64,000 bases of DNA from Okamejei kenojei (taxonomy: Eukaryota), in contig CM069163.1 of assembly GCA_035221665.1 (NCBI GenBank), positions 23,312,001 through 23,376,000 on the forward strand. Reading direction: 5' to 3'. The notes under the pieces are model-generated. The model ran no database searches. It worked only from the letters and a program-made list of their open reading frames with translations, and was not told where the DNA came from. Positions 12,166-26,924 of the stretch are shown in pieces (the stretch's first letter is position 1; each line of letters opens with the position of its first letter). Made by a program: the position numbers and the translations under genes.

Positions 12166-13115
12166 ACTGAAGCAAAAGCAGTGTGGAATCGGAGGCAGTC
12201 TGGGATTTTCTGACCAACTGCAACAAAAAGATATTCCACCAAAAAATACATGACTTTATTTCCTTTAGTACAATTTTCTTTGAGGGGTTTGTTGTAAGCT
12301 CAGACTTGGAGTGAAGTGGCGTGGATTTTTAACGGGTGCAAATGGACATCATGTGGCTCAGTTTAGGTCACTAGAGTTTGTCACTGTACATCATCTTCTC
12401 TACACCCAGTACAATCATCAATCTGCATCTCAGGTGTGACAGCTCAAGCCAGTCTGGTATTGGTAGTGCTAAAGGATTGTAAAGGAAGGGAACTACAGAA
12501 ATGCTTAAAAAATAAATCAATTAAAATCTAAAAATGTGCCTTTGATTGGAAAAGAGTTTTGTGCCACTTAAAAGCAACAAGTGGCTTATTTATTTTAATA
12601 AATTAAACCACATGCCTCACTGGCTTAATCTAAGGTAGTTCTCAGTTTTCCCCCAACCCTATCCTGCAGTATATCATGCTGCTTGTATAATAATTAATTG
12701 TGTAATTCTATGGTTATTTTTCATTGTAAATGAGACATTTGGGAAAGGAAGCATCTTGCCACACTCCTCTGTTCCTGGCTAGTTTCAATAGATTTTACGT
12801 GTCAGCGTTTAAGTAAGAAAATGATTGCTGGTAACAGAATAACTAAATTTCTCCATGACTGATTTGGTTGAATATATCCACAGCCTTTCGTTCACATCGA
12901 AAAAGTATAAATCTTAGACAAAGTATTAGGCAATGCAGTATTTAAAGGATGTTGATATTCTCAGCCCTTTAGTGTGTTTGTGTGTGTATATATACGAGTA
13001 TTCAGCGGACAAAGCTCAGAGTGTTTCATTAATGAGATTTAACCCCCTGAATGAAATGAACTCTGATGTTATTACATATAACTACAAAATAAAGATTAAA
13101 GGGACAGTTGTTTCT
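12166..13115 (+). terminator. PTPA: Probable PTPA 3' UTR with polyadenylation signals
   Basis: Repeat-free AT-rich stretch with AATAAA at 12511, 12597 and 13088. The last is followed by ATTAAA and a GT/T-rich downstream tract, so it is the best candidate. Confidence 0.6.
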
Positions 13116-14656
13116 CCAAGGGTGTTTGATGAATTTTGTTTTTATACTCCAAGCAATGCAATGATGAGTTATCCAGAAGCATAACTTTGCTGGTTTAGGT
13201 GGCCGGCAGGTCAGGCGGTCTCCTTGGTACCTATGGATAGATAGTTCACCTCCGTCATGTTGGGAGCAGGGACAAGCACAGCTAGCTTTGATCCCCCTGG
13301 ATAGGGAAAATTGACTGGACCATAGTCTAACTAAGCCCCCCTCTCCCTTGGTGAAGAGTGTGGCTAATTGATTACTTTTACAAATACCCAACATGCTAAA
13401 AGATCATCTACTATGGTGTATGACTCTGACTGAATCCCAGTGCGGTTCATTTGTGCATGCTTCTACAAATGAACAGCAGGAAGACTGAGGTGAGACACAG
13501 TGCTCCACCTAACGGGGATGTTGGCTTGATATAACCACCAATTCATCATAGTAGATATTTGGCCAGATAAACAGAATTTAAACGACATCAGAGAGAAGGA
13601 TGTGAAGATTTTTGGGGCAGAATTCCAGAGCTCTCAGCCCAGGCAGCTAAAAACACAGCTGCCAAGTGATTAAAATCAGTAACGTGGAATGTATTATTGG
13701 GCTGGAAAATGTACAGATATCGAGAAGAGAAAACAAAACCAAGATATGATTTGAAAACAACAATGAAAACTTAAAAATCAACACACTTGTTGCCCAGGAC
13801 CCAACAGAAAAATAGGTAAATGATGAACCAGACTTGAAATCAGAATGTGGCCATTCCTCGAATTACAAACATCTGATATACAATTTCTGTTAGAACACCA
13901 TGGACTCTTCGGGTTTTGTGACTTTGATTACCAAATCTATATTTGCTACAACAATATGCCATGCCACTCTGCCCATCAGAATACTCTGTGCCACTATGAC
14001 CACAATGCATTTTGTACAGTCTTTCCAATTTAAGAATTTTTGGTCCATGAAACATTTTCCAGGAACACATTCATTTTGTGAATCGAAGGATCCCTGTAGT
14101 TTTGGATGTGCTCAGCTTTATTGAGAGTGTAAGTTGCAAATCTAGAAGTAACAAAGGCACGAATGAAAGTTTCATTAGCAAATTCTATTAAAATAGATTT
14201 GTCTGACCATTTTCACATGTCTTTTTAAGGAATCTTGTTTGGTGCCAATTATCTGTCCTTTCCTACATCGTGGGATGGATGACCATACTGAAGCAGTCTT
14301 TAGGACATTGAGATTATGACTTCCGAAGACGGGGCAAAAAGATTTCAAAAGATAGATCTCAACCTGGGAAAATAGGTGGTATGATAATAAGTTCCCTAGA
14401 GACCTGGGAAAGAATCACAGAGAGAGAATGGAAATGAGAAGCGACTCCAGACTCTGCTGGCTAAATATTTCCAACCTCCACCCAACAATGCCAGTGGTTA
14501 ATTTGTCATCATGTGTGGGTAAAATCTACTTTATGCCTCAATTCTGAAGACAGTGGGTAGCTGGAGCCTGTAGAACCAATACCCAGTGTAATCTGGTGCC
14601 TACAGAAGAATTAAAGTATATACAGAATATAGAAACAAGAAGGTACTCATCACCAT

Positions 14657-14878
14657 AGGGGCGGCATGGTGGCGCAGCGGTAGAGTTGTTGCCTTACAGC
14701 GAATGCAGCGCCGTAGACCCGGGTTCAATCCTGACAACGGGTGCTGTCTGTACGGAGTTTGTGCATTCTTAGGGAGAAGGCAGGAACGGGGTACTGGTTG
14801 GGGATGATCAGCCATGATCACATTGAATGGCGGTGCTGGCTCGAAGGGCCAAATGGCCTACTGTCTATTGCCTATTGT
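14657..14878 (+). mobile_element. tRNA-derived SINE head (HE1/V-SINE type) joined to a CR1 3' tail
   Basis: A box TGGCGCAGCGG and B box GGTTCAATCC, then gggagaaggcaggaacggggtactg...gtctattg, matching the local CR1 3' end. Confidence 0.8.
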
Positions 14879-15637
14879 CACCTCAATCCAGTTCTGTGAT
14901 TCAATTAGATTATGGCAGATATCTTAACTCTAGCTACATGCTTTCTCTGAGTAATTTGACATCGTCACCCACCAAAAATCTATTGTGTGCAGTTTTGACA
15001 TTTTCAAGTGACCCACAGTATCAACAGCTTTTAGAAAGTCTAGCTTGGATGCCCACTGTTCAATTTGTTGATTAAACCTTAATGAATGCTACAATATTTG
15101 CTTGAACTGAATACTCCAATTAAGATGACTTTTACAATGACAATATTACAACCCAATGTGCTGCAGTAAAATTGATACTTGGCTATCCTCGCTGGCTTTA
15201 GAACAAGTTTCTAAAAATAGCATTTTACAACACTCATTAGATGAACTTGATGCAGGTGTCATTTACATGAGGTACCACTAGAGAGTGCTGGATCACAGAA
15301 TCCAACACAGATTCACCACCACAAGATTTCAAAGGATAAAGAGCATCTGTGGCGAGGGCTTTGGATTGAGACACTAAAGTGTATTGATATCGATATCTCA
15401 GTTGAGTAGCATGGTCATAGAAAAGTCCCTTAAATGCATGTCCCAACCACACATTGCAAGGAAACAGATTTGGAACCATGATCTAATCTGAACAGTGGCA
15501 AAATGAGAGTCTGAAGAAACTTCACCCATTCCTTCTCTCCAGAGATGCTGCCTGTCCCGCTGAGTTGCTCCAGCTTTTTGTGTCTATCTTTGTCAAAATT
15601 AGATGGGAGTTATCTAGAGTTCAAATCAGACATCTCT

Positions 15638-17480
15638 CATAGAATCATAGAAAATAGGTGCAGGAGTAGGCCATTCGGCCCTTCGAGCCTGCACCGGCAT
15701 TCAATATGATCATGGCTGATCATCCAACTCGGTATCCTGTACCTGCCTTCTCTCCATACCCCCTGATCCCAGGGCCACATCTAACTCCCTCTTAAATATA
15801 GCCAATGAACTGGCCTCAACTACCTTCTGTGGCAGAGAATTCCACAGACTCACCACTCTGTGTGAAAAAAGATCTTCTCATCTCGGTCCTAAAAGACTTC
15901 CCCCTTATCCTTAAACTGTGACCCCTTGTTCTGGAGTTCCGCAACATCGGGAACAATCTTCCTGCATCTAGCCTGTCCAACCCCTTAAGAATTTTGTAAG
16001 CCTCTATAAGATCCCCCCTCAATCTCCTAAATTCCAACGAGTACAAGCCGAGTCTATCCAGTCTTTCTTCATATGGAAGTCCTGCCATCCCAGGAAGCAG
16101 TCTGGTGAACCTTCTCTGTACTCCCTCTATGGCAAGAATGTCTTTCCTCAGATTAGCAGACCAAAACTGTACGCAATACTCCAGGTGTGGCCTCACCAAG
16201 ACCATGTACAACTGCAGTAGAACCTCCCTGCTCTTGTACTCAAATCCTTTTGCTATGAATGCCAACATACCATTCGCTTTCTTCACAGCCTGCTGCACCT
16301 GCATGCCTACTTTCAATGACTGGTGTACCATGACACCCAGGTCTCGTTGCATCTCCCCTTTTCCTAATCGGCCACCATTCAGATAATAATTTACCCTCCT
16401 GTTTTTGCTGCCAAGGTGGATAACCTCACATTTATCCACATTATACTGCATCCGCCAACTCACCCAACCTATCCAAGTCACCTTGCAGCCTCCTCACAGC
16501 TAACACTGCCGCCCAGCTTCGTGTCATCCGCAAACTTGGAGATGTTGCATTCAATTCCCTCATCCAGATCATTAATATATATTGTAAATAGCTGGGGTCC
16601 CAGCACTGAGCCTTGCGGTACCCCACTAGTCACTGCCTGCCATTCTGAAAATGACCAGTTTACTCCTACTCTTTGCTTCCTGTCTGCCAGCCAGTTCTCT
16701 ATCCACATCAATACTGAACCCCTAATACCGTTTGCTTTAAGTTTGTATGCTAATCTCTTATGTGGGACCTTGTCGAAAGCCTTCTGAAAGTCCAGATATA
16801 ACACATCCACAGGTTCTCCCTTATCCACTCTACTAGTTACATCCTCAAAAAATTCTATAAGATTTGTCAGACATGATTTACCTTTTATAAATCCATGCTG
16901 ACTTTGTCCAATGATTTCACCACTTTCCAAATGCGCTGCTATCCCATCTTTAATAGCTGACTCTAGCATTTTCCCCACTACCGATGTTAGACTAATTGAT
17001 CTGTAATTCCCCGTTTTCTCTCTCTCCCTTTTTAACAAGTGGGGTTACATTAGCTACTCTCGAATCCTCAGGAACTACTCCAGAATCTAAAGAGTTTTGA
17101 AAAATTATCACTAATGCATCCACTATTTCTGGGGCTACTTCCTTAAGTACTCTGGGATGCAGCCTATCTGGCCCTGGGGATTTATCGGCCTTTAAACCAT
17201 TCAATTTACCTAACACCACTTCCCGGCTAACCTGGATTTCACTCAGTTCCTCCATCTCATTTGACCCCCCGGTCCCCTGATATTTCCGGCAGATTATTTA
17301 TGTCTTCCTTTGTGAAGACAGAACCAAAGTAGTTATTCAATTGGTCTGCCATGTCCTTGTTCCCCATGATCAATTCACCAGTTTCTGACTGCAAGGGACC
17401 TACATTTGTTTTAACTAACCTTTTTCTCTTCACGTATCTATAAAAACTTTTGCAGTCCGTTTTTATGTTCCGTGCCAGTC
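15638..17480 (-). mobile_element. Young 5'-truncated CR1 LINE (RT domain, frameshifted)
   Basis: Three consecutive ORF pieces (16992-17255, 16478-17038, 15816-16481) containing [46 protein letters not shown] and RPHLEYC. 3' UTR and tail lie at the left end. Confidence 0.96.
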
Positions 17481-17721
17481 ACTCTATATCAGTATCCAGC
17501 CACTTTTACTGAAATCTGTGATAAATAAAGCAGTATTGGGTTCATTAGTGATACAGTTAGATAATCTATGGACGTTACTTTTCTGGGTTCTGTCATTTAT
17601 ACATGTGCTGGACTGCGGAATAGCAGTCAGTCATGCAGAGAAAAGACACCACAAAATATTCAACAATGTCTTGTACCTAAACTTTAAAAAGCTTTTAATT
17701 TCAAATCGAGGAACTCGGCAA

Positions 17722-17818
17722 CTCAGTCTGAAGAAGGGTTTCGGCCCGAAACGTTGCCCATTTCCTTCGCTGCATAGCTGCAGCCGCTGAGTTTCTTCAG
17801 CACTTTTGTCTACCTTTG
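17722..17818 (+). ncRNA. Penelope-derived repeat with intact minimal hammerhead ribozyme core
   Basis: CTGAAGA-A-GGGT(TTCG)GCCC-GAAAC-GTT at 17728-17755. Confidence 0.65.
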
Positions 17819-20385
17819 GCAACTCTAGGTGTACATACCCTCTCTGCACTTAATATAGCCACAACACAACAAAAACATTCTGATAAATCCCCCCATGGTA
17901 ACACTGAGTTACTGCAATGATTTTTATTATCATTCTTTAAGTTGCCCTTTCCCCTCAGTTACTATTGTTATACCATAGTCATTAAACTAACACTTACAAA
18001 TACTCTCAAGAGCACCTTGCTATACCGCACACACTACTAGTATAACCTACAATACCAATTATAATAATCTGACTTGGAAAGGTTTGGTGAACAGTCTTGC
18101 TTCAAATGTGAAGATACAAATCAAAAACACAAAAAAAAACTGCAGATGCTGGATGTTTGAAATAAAAAACAAAAACAATTTCTAACATTTTGTTTTTATT
18201 ACTCAAAACTATTTCTCCCTCTCAAAGTGAGAATCTAGCCACCTCCCCTTTTCAGTAAATAGTAAGGGATTTGATCAACATCTTGAGGATTATGACCTGA
18301 AACCTAATTGGATAATCAAATAAATAATTTGTTTAATAATTGAGTAACCCAAGGGATAGGTATTATATAATGAATGAATTTTCAAAACCTTTCCATGTGC
18401 TCAGAGCGTAATGGAATACTCCATTTACTTAGTTCAGTGTAGCTTTTATGATACTCAAAGTTTGACATAATTCAGGAGAAAGCATCAAGCACCTGATAAA
18501 TCCATTCCTTCTGCTGCTGATCATGTTGCCGTTGCCAGCAACTCTCAAACTCCATGAAAGAATAGAAAATGTACATTGATGGAACAGAACATTACCCTCA
18601 ATCTGACCGTTCTCAACATAATTATTCATGTCAGACTAGCAACCCACAAGTTCTGAAAAAGAAAATGACAGATCATTTCTAGTGGTCCCTTTTTCTGCTA
18701 CAACTAACTATGACACTGGTCAATGATGGTTGCCACATGTTGGCATCCTGTTTGATTGTGCAAGATATTTGGTGGCCGATTTGTGGTTTAGCGTGGACAG
18801 CCGGGTGATTTAATTCTCCGCAGTCAGATGAACTCTCGCTGTTATATCATCCTATCTTCATCTGTTATAAAATCGAACCCTCATTGAATGAAGGTGGAGT
18901 GAGGATTATTGTTAGTTGTTAGTTGTAATCAACTGGAGGTTACAGAAATCAAAACAGTTTCTGGAGATTTACAACCCTAGCACTTGATTCTGTCATATAT
19001 GATATATTCTTAAAATGTTCCATCACAGTCAAACCATTTAATCAATTGAGCAAACAAGTTTCATCCCATCCCCAAACTCTTCAACATCCCATCCAATCTA
19101 ATATCACCCTCCTGGAGAACATGCCATATCCTTCTATTCTCATATCTCCATCCCCATTTGAGTGGATACCTCATCTTCCCAAATGGCAGAAAAGATCCAC
19201 CAAAAGGGAGGAAGTAAGCCTTGGAAACCACAGTATAAGCTCAAGACTGTGTGGGATCAGATAACGTATCCGCAAGGATTGCCACTAAAAGTGGCGAGAT
19301 GGAAGGGACGTTTCTCTTAGAGGTCCCCAACATTAGCTCCAAAGCCCGTAACATTGATACGGATTGCCACATCATCCACCCTTCGCCATGTTGAATGCAC
19401 TTGGAAGAAACGCAAAGGGCAGCAAGAGTGGAGACGTTTAATATGATAATGAAGCTCTGATAACACCATCGCTTACTGAGACTTCCAGGACATAGCTGCC
19501 GGACAGAAGCAATATGAGGGAAAAGCCAATTTACCATCTTTCTCATTAGCCCACCAATGGAGGGTGCATCTGCCTGTGACATATTGGTGAGAATAATAAC
19601 TGCATTGACCTTGCTGAAATAATGCCCTGTCTTAACTCTGAGAAGTTCCTCCATCTTACTGTCTTGACAGAATTACTTTGATGAATGAGAGAGATTCAAG
19701 GAAGATCTAACCCTAAAACGGGGTGCTCTAACGCAAAAAGATAGACAACATTCTGGAGTAATTCAGCAGGTCAGTCAGCATCTCTGGAGAAAATGCCTTT
19801 CCTTGCTTTCGGTTCCTCCCTACTACAATCAGTCTGAAGAGTCCTGACCAGAAACATCACTCAAGATGATTCTCATTTTCTCAAGAGATGCTGCCTGACC
19901 CATTGATTTACTCTAGCATTTTGTGTCCAGCATCTACAGTTCATTTTTAACACTTATAAGGCACTGTGGACAATCAGACAGAATTGTATACCAGTATAAT
20001 CTATAACTTCATGACCCAAATGATTCCCCATTTCACCATTACTGTCAAGGCAGGCACCAAACATGGGTCATTGAGTATAAAAGATCATGTCAAGAACAGA
20101 AATAGGTATATCTAAAAATCTGAAGCAGCAACAGCAGAGAACTACATACATGTTTATCACCTGACCCTGCATAGTGTTGATGGAACAATCAATCCCACTG
20201 CCATTGATCAGGCCAACGCTATGCACTAAGCCAAATCCAGGAATGAACAGTGATCCTTAAAGAGAGAAATGGGAAAGAGAGGCTCCAACATTAATGATGA
20301 CATTATAAGAATAACATGTGATAACAATGAACTGCAGATGCTGGTTTATACCATAGAAAGACAAAATGCTGGAGTAACTCAGCAG

Positions 20386-20793
20386 TAATTTAGAAGAATG
20401 AGAGGGGATCTTATTGAAACATACGATTATTAAGGGTTTGGACACCCTAAAGGCAGGAAACATGTTCCCGATGTTGAGGGAGTTGAGAACCAGGGGCCAC
20501 AGTTTAAGAATAAGGGATTAAGTCATTTAGAACGGAGATGAGGAAACACTTTTTCCACACAGAGTTGTGAGTCTGTGGAATTCTCTGCCTCAGAGGATCG
20601 GTGGAGGCCAGTTCTCTGGATACTTTCAAGAGAGCTAGATAGGGCCCTTGAAGATGGTGGGGTCAGGGGATATGGGGAGAAGGCAGGAACGGGGTACTGA
20701 TTGGGATGATCAGCCATGATCACATTGAATGGCGGTGCTGGCTTGAAGGGCCGAATGGCCTACACCTGCACCTATTGTCCATTGTCTATTGTC
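20386..20793 (+). mobile_element. CR1 3' fragment nested inside a Penelope-derived palindromic repeat
   Basis: CR1 3' end with (attgtct) tail. Host repeat arms at ~20330-20385 and ~20800-20845. Confidence 0.85.
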
Positions 20794-21254
20794 AAGCAAT
20801 GAGGATACTGCCTGATACGTTGAATTACTCCAGCATTTTGTGTCTTATTTTACCATTATATGAACAACAAAGGTAAGACCATAAGCATCCACCATGGTGT
20901 CTTCCAAAACCTCCACAATCACAAAGCACAGTCTCTGTGTAATTTGATTCATTCCATTTGATATCCACAAATGACTGGGCCACTTGACACGGGCTGTGAT
21001 CACAGCACAGATTTGGTGCTGAACATGATGATCCACAACCTACAGTATTACCCTTCTGTAATTAATGCGAAGAACACATAGATCCCTCTGTATTCAATCA
21101 TTTGAGGGCTTTTTTCCATTTAGATAATAATTTGCTTTTGATTCTTCTTATCAAAGTGCACAACCTTACACTTTACGTATTAAACTCACTTTGCTAACAT
21201 GTATCAGTCACTCAATATCTAAATCCCATCGCAGAGTCACTGTAAAGGAATCAG

Positions 21255-21545
21255 TGGGTGGCACTGCGGCAGAGCGAGTAGTGCTGCTGCCTCACAGCAT
21301 CAGAGACCCAGGTTCTATCCTGACCACAGATACTGTCTGTGTAAAGTTTGCATGTTCTCCGTGACCTCATGGGTTTCCTCTGGGCGATCTGGTTTCCTTC
21401 CACATCGTGTGGTTAATTGGCCTCTGTAAATCGCCACTAGTGTGTGCGAAGTGGATACGAAAGTGGGATAACATAGAACTAGTGTAAACTGGTGATCGAT
21501 GGTCAGCATTGAGTCAGTGGGCCTGAAGGACTATATCTCTGAACT
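21255..21545 (+). mobile_element. HE1/V-SINE-like element, near full length
   Basis: tRNA-like head (ggttctatcctgacc), V domain (gtttgcatgttctccgtgacctcatgggtttcc) and 3' tail. Confidence 0.8.
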
Positions 21546-24299
21546 TAACTAAACAAAATCTACAGATTCCCCTCTATCTACTCAAAAGTACTCAAGCATA
21601 TTTGTCAAACTATGACTTGCCTCTCATGAAGCCATGTTGTCTTGGGTTGATTAGATCAACTTTCCTAAATGAATAGTTATTTTGTTTTTGATTATTGACA
21701 CTATTCAGCATCCTGTGAGCAATAGATATTAAACTAACAGGCTTATAGCGTCCTGCCTTTTATCTTTGTACCTTCTTGATCCTTGATCTGCATTGTATAG
21801 CAGAAACAAGCCCTTTAATCCCCCACATCTATGCTGATCTTTCTGTTGTCTATACTGCACCTATTTACATGCATTAAGTTTGTATTCTTCCATGCCTCAT
21901 CTATTCAAGCATCTAAATAGTCATATGAGAAACTGCAGATGTTGGATTCATAGCAAAAGACAAAGTACTGGAGGAATTCACTGGGTTGGGCAGCATCTGT
22001 GGGTGAAAATGGACAGGTGACATTTTGGGTTGGGATCCTTATTCAGACTGGCATGTAGAGGTTTAGGCGGTGTCTAAATATCTCAAACTTTGAAGTTGTA
22101 TCTAATTCCACCACCTCCTAGGGTAGCCTATTCCATATGTCAACCACTCTAAGAAAAATGTTCCACTCAAACCCCCTTCCTCATACCTGAACCCTCTTAA
22201 CTTTGATACCCCTCCATGAGAAAAATATATTGTGCCTCAATTTTTAATATACCTCAGTCAGGTCATCCTTCAGACTGCTTTGCTCCAGGGGGAAACAAGT
22301 TCAGCACATCCAATATCCACCCATAATTAAAGTCCTCCGATCTAGGTAACTTTCTTGGTAAATCTTTTCTGCACTCTCTCCAGCACAATCACATCGTGAC
22401 ATTCACTGGTAATCACCAAACTATTCGAAGCTGATCTCTCTGGCTCTTTTGCCCGTCCTTCTGAACTTAGACCATTGGGAAGCCATCTTGCAATCCTCAC
22501 CTGTTGAAAGGTTCTGCTGTGCTAACAATGACACAGACATCACCCATTGTTTTCAGAAATTTTACAATTTAAAAAACTGGAAACAAAGCAGCAGATCACG
22601 GGAAGATCATAATTGTGAAATGGGCAAATACATGATGGATGAAACATAATACAGAGATGTGGGGAGTGGACTCATTCTGGTACCACTGCTTTAAAAAGAT
22701 CTGACAAAACTGCCAGCAGTCCAAAGTAAACAGCAATTTGCATTTATCAAGTGTTGTGAACACTCAGCTGGCCTGGGAGCATCTGAATTTCCAGAATGTT
22801 TTGCTTTGTTTCATATTTCCAGTATCTACAGATTTTATTTTTTTAAGTGTTTATTCTTTGGCTTTAACAGAAAAAAAAACTTATGTTATTAGAAGAACTG
22901 TGCTTCACAAAAGAGTTAACAAATTACCAGGAGCACACAAGGAGACATTAGGATCTTACCAAAAATGCAAAAAGTGTTTTAGAGAAGAGAGGTGGAGCTG
23001 TTTAGAGGGTCAACTTCAGAGCTTAAGGAGCAGGCGAATTAAACCAGGATTTGAATACAGGAGTAAGGAAGTCTTAAAGCAATTGTGCAAGACCTTGATG
23101 AGATCACTCCTGAAGTGTGTATGGGTTTTGGTCACCTTTCCCAAGGATGATGCACTAGTCATTGAATATGCAGGGAACAGAAGGATAGGGATCATGTGCA
23201 GGCAGATGAGTACTTTATCTTGGCATCATTGTTTACCACAGGCATTGTGAGCCAAAAGGCCTGTTCCTGTGGTGTCCTGTTCTAAGATTCAGTAGTTTGG
23301 TCCAGAGATGTCAGGTTTGCCAATCAAGGTAAAATTGCATAAACTGGAAGTGTTTTCTCATGTTTAGATGAGGAGCTTTCATCAAAATAAACAAAATTCT
23401 TAAAGTGCTTGACAGATGAGATGCAGACAAGAGATTTCTACTGGCAGAGGAATCTAGGGCCAGGAGACATAACTTGAGAACGATGGGTAGGCAGCTTAGA
23501 ACTGATGAGAACATGCTTTACTCATTGGGTGGTCTTCCTTTGGAATTCTCTGCCATGGAAGGCTGAGGAGGTTCAGTCATTATAGTCATAGATTTCTGGG
23601 CATTAATAAAATTGAGGAAGATGGAGATAGTGCTGGCAAACAACACCAAGACAGAAGGGCTGCACTATCCCCATCTACAGACGCCACAGGTCTGTAAGTC
23701 CTGCCCTTATTTCTTAGGTTCCTATGAATGTGCAAGATACTAGCATTGAAGGAATGCAAAGATTATGACAGACTGGAAGATGATACAAAGAGAGTAGGAG
23801 GAATATGCAAGAATAAAAAATAAAGTTTGAGGCGCCCATGAACCTGGAACCAATGTAAAACATTCAAGAGGATTGATGAATAAATATAAAGGACTGGTTG
23901 ATGTGGTAGTGGGAGTTAGGAAAAGGTTGGATAGCTGTGGAGAAGAAAAGGTTAGTGACTGAATGAAAGAATGATCAACGACAAAAACACTTGCCACCAG
24001 AGAATGCAACTAGGAAGGGGCAAATCATGAACTGATTAAAAATATATAACTAGCTCAATTGTTAATAAGTCTTTTATCAAAATTTAAGTGGATCACACCG
24101 GAAGTGTGAGATCAGGAACAATGCAATAACATAATACCTTTGAGCAAGATAGAGAATGCCCTTTCAATTTGGATGGATTCAGAGTCAGTGTCTCATGCGC
24201 CACCCCAGCTAACACTGGAATCTAATTGCAAATTACTCAAAGCAAACTAACCAGAATCTTAGAACAATCAGGTGTACTTGACTAGTCACATTAGATTCA

Positions 24300-26790
24300 G
24301 ATGAGTTTGTTGTATACACCAGGGCGCAATGAAATCCTCATTCACATGAAGCTCAAAGTAAACAGCATACACACAGCAGTGGTAAATGCAATAAATGTAA
24401 GTGCAACACAGAATGTTGCAAGATTGTAGATCTGAAGTGGTAACTATTAATATTAATTAAAGTCCAACAATGGAAGAACCAAATGATGTAGAGTTAAGAG
24501 GATGTGGCAACATCTCCAGAAATGGAGTATTTAGAGCAATTGGTTCCGTAGTTGGAGAGCTGTGGAGAAGCTGTTCTTCTGTCTGGACATCCTAACTCTC
24601 AAGCTCCTGTACCATCACTCAGCAGGTAATAAAGAGAAAAGGGACCAACTGGGGCAGCAGCCATTCCTGACAACACTTTCAGATATTGTGTTGAGTTTTT
24701 TGTCATATCGGCAGTGAATCCATCCTTGTGCCTCCTTAAACCACATTTCCTGTTGAAAATTATTAAACCTTCAGGAGACACCTTTGTCAACACAAGCTTA
24801 GAGTCTCTTTTGTTTACTCGTCCTGCGCTTGTACCAGTGAGTCCCAGCCCAATCCCCTCCCCCCAAGCAAGTTATTACAAAGCTCAGCTCAAGCAAAGTG
24901 AAGACTAAACTTTGGTTTCAATTGCATTGTCATATGCATTGAACAATGAAAGTCTTATTCACTGCCACTTTACATGCATAATAAATGCAAGAACAAATAC
25001 AAAAATTTGGTTACTTTCAGCAAGACCATAATGATGCAGACAAAAACCCCACATGTCGAGTGACCATAGAGGTCCAATGCTCCAGGTAGGGTTGTGCAGC
25101 ATGGTTCAAGAATCTGATAATTAATGGGAGGAAGCCGTTCTTGAACCTGGAGGTAACTGTTCTTAGGCTCCTGTACTTTCTTGCCAATAGTATTCAGTAA
25201 GATGAGGGCGTGATCAGGGGGGTGCATGCACATAGGGTGTGGGTCAAATTTAAAGATGGTGCTGGAGCCGTCTCTAGCTATAGTCATAGGTATAGAGAGT
25301 GTCGAGCAGAGGACTGAACACAAAGCCAACGTGCCAGTAGTGAAGGTATTATTGCCGATGATCGTTAGTGAGGTATTATTGCCATTCCATTATAAATAAG
25401 GTCTCCCCCTTTGAGGAAGGGGAGGATGCAGTTACATAGTGAAGAGCAGAGGCCCAGTTCAGAGTTTTTGGGCTAGTGTGGAAGGGTTTTAAATGGTGAT
25501 CTGTAATTGATGTACAACTGCCTGACATAACTGTTCCTGTTTTTCTAAGAGGTCCAGTGCAGAGTGGAGAACCAGTGAGATCACAACCCCTGTCAATCTG
25601 TTGTGATAGTGGGCAAATTGAGGCAGTCAAGGCCCTTATTGCAGCAGTAACAGATATGCACCATAGTTGACTCCTAAGCATTTCATGGGGTGGATGATTG
25701 CAACCTTCTCGTGGTCCGCCCTATTTCGACTAATGCAATCAACTCGACATGCACAAACGAAAGATCAACTAGAACAAGTTGTCCTACAACTTTAGGCTGT
25801 GCACGCCACACGAAAGAAGAAGCATTTTATGAGAATGGTCACGAGCGCTGCTGGTCACTTGAGGTACATCACTGTGCTCTTCTTGGGTACTGGCATTATG
25901 GATGTTCTTTTAATGGTGGTGGGGTACCTTAGAATGCAATAGAGGGGTTGAAGCTATCTGCCATAACTTCAGCCAATTGGTCTGCACAGGTTTTGAGAAT
26001 GCAGCCAGGTGCATTATGAGGACTGAACGCTTTGACGGTTCAACTACTTGAAGGATCTTCGGTCATCGGCCTCAAAGACCGAGACCAGAGAGTAATTGGG
26101 GGCTGTGAGCTCCATCATGAATGTACATTATTGCACTCCCTTTAAGAGTGAGCATTGAAACATTGAGTTGGTCGAAAAGTGATGCATCACTCTCATTTGA
26201 GCTACTGTGGGAAGTGATGGCAAACCGCTATCCAAACCCCTAGTTTGGTCTGCAAGTGTCTGATTGCAATGGGCTTCCGGGGGTCATATCTGGACAACTC
26301 AATCACCCAATTTGAACACTACAGATTTGGTCCTCAGTGGATTGCAGATCTACTGGTTCATCCAAGGCTGCTGGTTAGAGGACTCAATACATTTCTTTAA
26401 AGTCAGTAACAATCATGGGATGTTCATTCCTGCCTGTTGAAAAAAACTCTTTGAAGACCACCTAGTGTACTGGGCCCCAAGCAGTTGCAGTCACAGCTCT
26501 GCCTCCGCTGGCCAGCTCTGTACAATGTTCTTCAGACCTGCACTCTCATTGCCCAAGGGGTACAGGCAGTAGGTCTTATTTTCCAAAGTGCAGGCAAGGG
26601 TGGCATGCGATTTGTCACTGATGTGGGGTAGCTGTGGGCGAGAATGTTTGATCCTCTGATGGTGTAGGAAACATGTTGAGGATATTTTAGAAATCTTAGT
26701 TTGTAGTAATGATGGAAAAGATTTTGGGTATACCAACATGTTTGTTGACCATGATGAAGAGTTCAACTGCTAGCTGATTGCCTACCCAGG
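24300..26790 (-). mobile_element. Degraded Rex-Babar-type LINE fragments
   Basis: - strand remnants of the ...HP..SL..LLPSGRRYRSL...RF..SFFP C-terminal region near 24560-24720 and 25100-25230, with upstream RT-like remnants. Boundaries approximate. Confidence 0.6.
25687..25820 (+). mobile_element. Short (GAA)n-tailed retroelement, copy 2
   Basis: Homologous to copy 1. TSD aagcatttcatg / aagcattttatg. Confidence 0.85.
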
Positions 26791-26924
26791 CTCATAATAA
26801 TTTACAATACTCCTTGCCCTTGGAAGGTAGGGACAGCACTTCACTGTTAGATGTTCCAGGTGGGGTGTGGGGGAAGTAGTTGTCTGATAGAATCACCATG
26901 TCTCTTCCTTTTGCTGACAGCTTA

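Noticed and set aside
14660-14735. tRNA gene
   Set aside because: A/B boxes are present, but the sequence continues into the SINE V domain and lacks a proper acceptor stem.
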